A stretch of DNA of 42,149 nucleotides, from the IMG/VR virus record IMGVR_UViG_2541047883_000004. One strand, written 5' to 3'. Below, piece by piece: positions 40,869 to 42,149 of this stretch. The notes under the pieces are model-generated. The model was not told the origin of the DNA. It did not search any database and worked only from the letters and a program-made list of their open reading frames with translations. The position numbers and the translations under genes are program-made. The number at the start of each line of letters is the position of its first letter. The stretch's first letter is position 1. The stretch comes from a virus (lineage: Duplodnaviria > Heunggongvirae > Uroviricota > Caudoviricetes).

Positions 40869-42149
40869 ATGAAATATCCGACAGGCGTGGAAAACCATGG
40901 AGGGAAATTACGTATCTGGTTTGTTTATAAAGGCGTAAGAGTCAGGGAAAATCTGGGGGTTCCTGACACAGCAAAAAACAGGCGCGTTGCAGGTGAACTA
41001 CGCGCCTCTGTTTGTTACGCAATAAAAACTGGTGTTTTCGACTATGCAAAACAGTTTCCCTCCTCACGCAATCTGGAAAAATTTGGTGAGGCCCGACAAG
41101 ATTTAACCATAAAAGAACTGGCTGAAAAATTTCTGGCACTGAAAGAAACTGAAGTCGCCAAAACATCACTCAACACATACCGTGCCGTCATCAAAAATAT
41201 CCTGAGCATAATCGGTGAAAAAAATCTTGCCTCATCGATTAATAAAGAAAAATTACTGGAGGTTCGTAAAGAGCTACTGACTGGATACCAGATCCCCAAA
41301 AGTAACTATATTGTTACACAACCAGGGAGATCGGCTGTAACTGTAAATAATTACATGACAAATCTTAACGCCGTGTTCCAGTTTGGTGTTGATAACGGTT
41401 ACCTGCCAGATAATCCGTTTAAGGGGATCTCGCCATTAAAGGAATCAAGAACCATTCCGGATCCTCTTTCGCGGGAGGAATTTATCCGTCTTATCGATGC
41501 GTGCAGAAATCAGCAAGCAAAAAATTTATGGTGTGTTTCTGTTTATACTGGCGTTCGCCCTGGTGAGCTGTGTGCACTTGGATGGGAGGACATAGATCTG
41601 AAAAATGGAACAATGATGATCAGGAGAAATTTAGCAAAAGACCGTTTCACGGTACCAAAAACACAGGCGGGAACCAATCGGGTCATTCATCTTATTAAGC
41701 CAGCAATCGACGCTCTCCGGAGTCAGATGACATTAACGAGACTGAGCAAAGAGCATATCATTGATGTTCACCTCAGAGAGTATGGCAGAACAGAAAAACA
41801 AAAATGCACCTTTGTTTTTCAACCTGAAGTGTCAGCGAGAGTAAAAAATTATGGTGACCATTTTACCGTTGACTCAATAAGGCAGATGTGGGACGCAGCG
41901 ATAAAACGTGCCGGACTCCGCCATCGAAAATCATATCAGTCGAGACATACTTATGCCTGCTGGTCGCTGACAGCTGGTGCTAACCCGGCATTTATAGCAA
42001 ACCAGATGGGCCATGCAGATGCGCAAATGGTATTTCAGGTATACGGAAAATGGATGTCTGAAAACAATAATGCACAGGTAGCTTTGTTAAATACACAGTT
42101 AAGCGAGTTTGCCCCAACCATGCCCCATAACGAAGCAATGAAAAATTAA
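40869..42149 (+). CDS. int: Tyrosine integrase (lambda Int family); the stop coincides with the window end
   Basis: Start MKYPTGVENHGGKLRIWF with SD GAGAGG; C-terminal catalytic signature (R ... HTYACW ... MGHADAQMVFQVYGKW with Tyr). Confidence 0.85.
   Translation: MKYPTGVENHGGKLRIWFVYKGVRVRENLGVPDTAKNRRVAGELRASVCYAIKTGVFDYAKQFPSSRNLEKFGEARQDLTIKELAEKFLALKETEVAKTSLNTYRAVIKNILSIIGEKNLASSINKEKLLEVRKELLTGYQIPKSNYIVTQPGRSAVTVNNYMTNLNAVFQFGVDNGYLPDNPFKGISPLKESRTIPDPLSREEFIRLIDACRNQQAKNLWCVSVYTGVRPGELCALGWEDIDLKNGTMMIRRNLAKDRFTVPKTQAGTNRVIHLIKPAIDALRSQMTLTRLSKEHIIDVHLREYGRTEKQKCTFVFQPEVSARVKNYGDHFTVDSIRQMWDAAIKRAGLRHRKSYQSRHTYACWSLTAGANPAFIANQMGHADAQMVFQVYGKWMSENNNAQVALLNTQLSEFAPTMPHNEAMKN

Overview
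This window is almost entirely one lambdoid, cos-type prophage of an Enterobacteriaceae (E. coli-like) host, with the late operon on the minus strand. All calls rest on reading the supplied ORF translations and the sequence by eye; no database search or computation was run. Gene order, right to left: int/xis and a RecE-like exonuclease (+ strand, 38-42 kb); the immunity region with divergent cI and cro-like genes (35.1-36.2 kb); a YdaT-like gene and an O-like replication gene carrying internal iteron-like repeats; an AT-rich accessory stretch with hok; the Q antiterminator (27.7-28.0 kb); an S21-type holin, signal-peptide lysozyme and Rz/Rz1 (22.4-24.5 kb); a Qin-like csp/gns cluster; a lambda-like cos site (about 20.1 kb); terminase Nu1/A, W, portal and a ClpP-protease/major-capsid fusion; then lambda-like tail genes FII-like, Z, U, V, G/T, H, M, L, K, I, J. 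J runs off the window start. The tape-measure gene H is split by an IS21-family element (istA/istB) flanked by a 6-bp duplication, so the prophage is probably tail-defective. The strongest candidate for an undescribed system is a self-contained two-gene cassette at 29.5-31.25 kb: a 204-aa protein of unknown fold translationally coupled to an XRE-HTH/ImmA-IrrE zinc peptidase, bracketed by near-identical terminator hairpins. Other accessory insertions are an AppY-like AraC regulator, a DUF523/DUF1722 protein and a Blc lipocalin between Q and the holin, and an unknown 190-aa gene inserted between holin and endolysin. No tRNA, rRNA or CRISPR array was seen.
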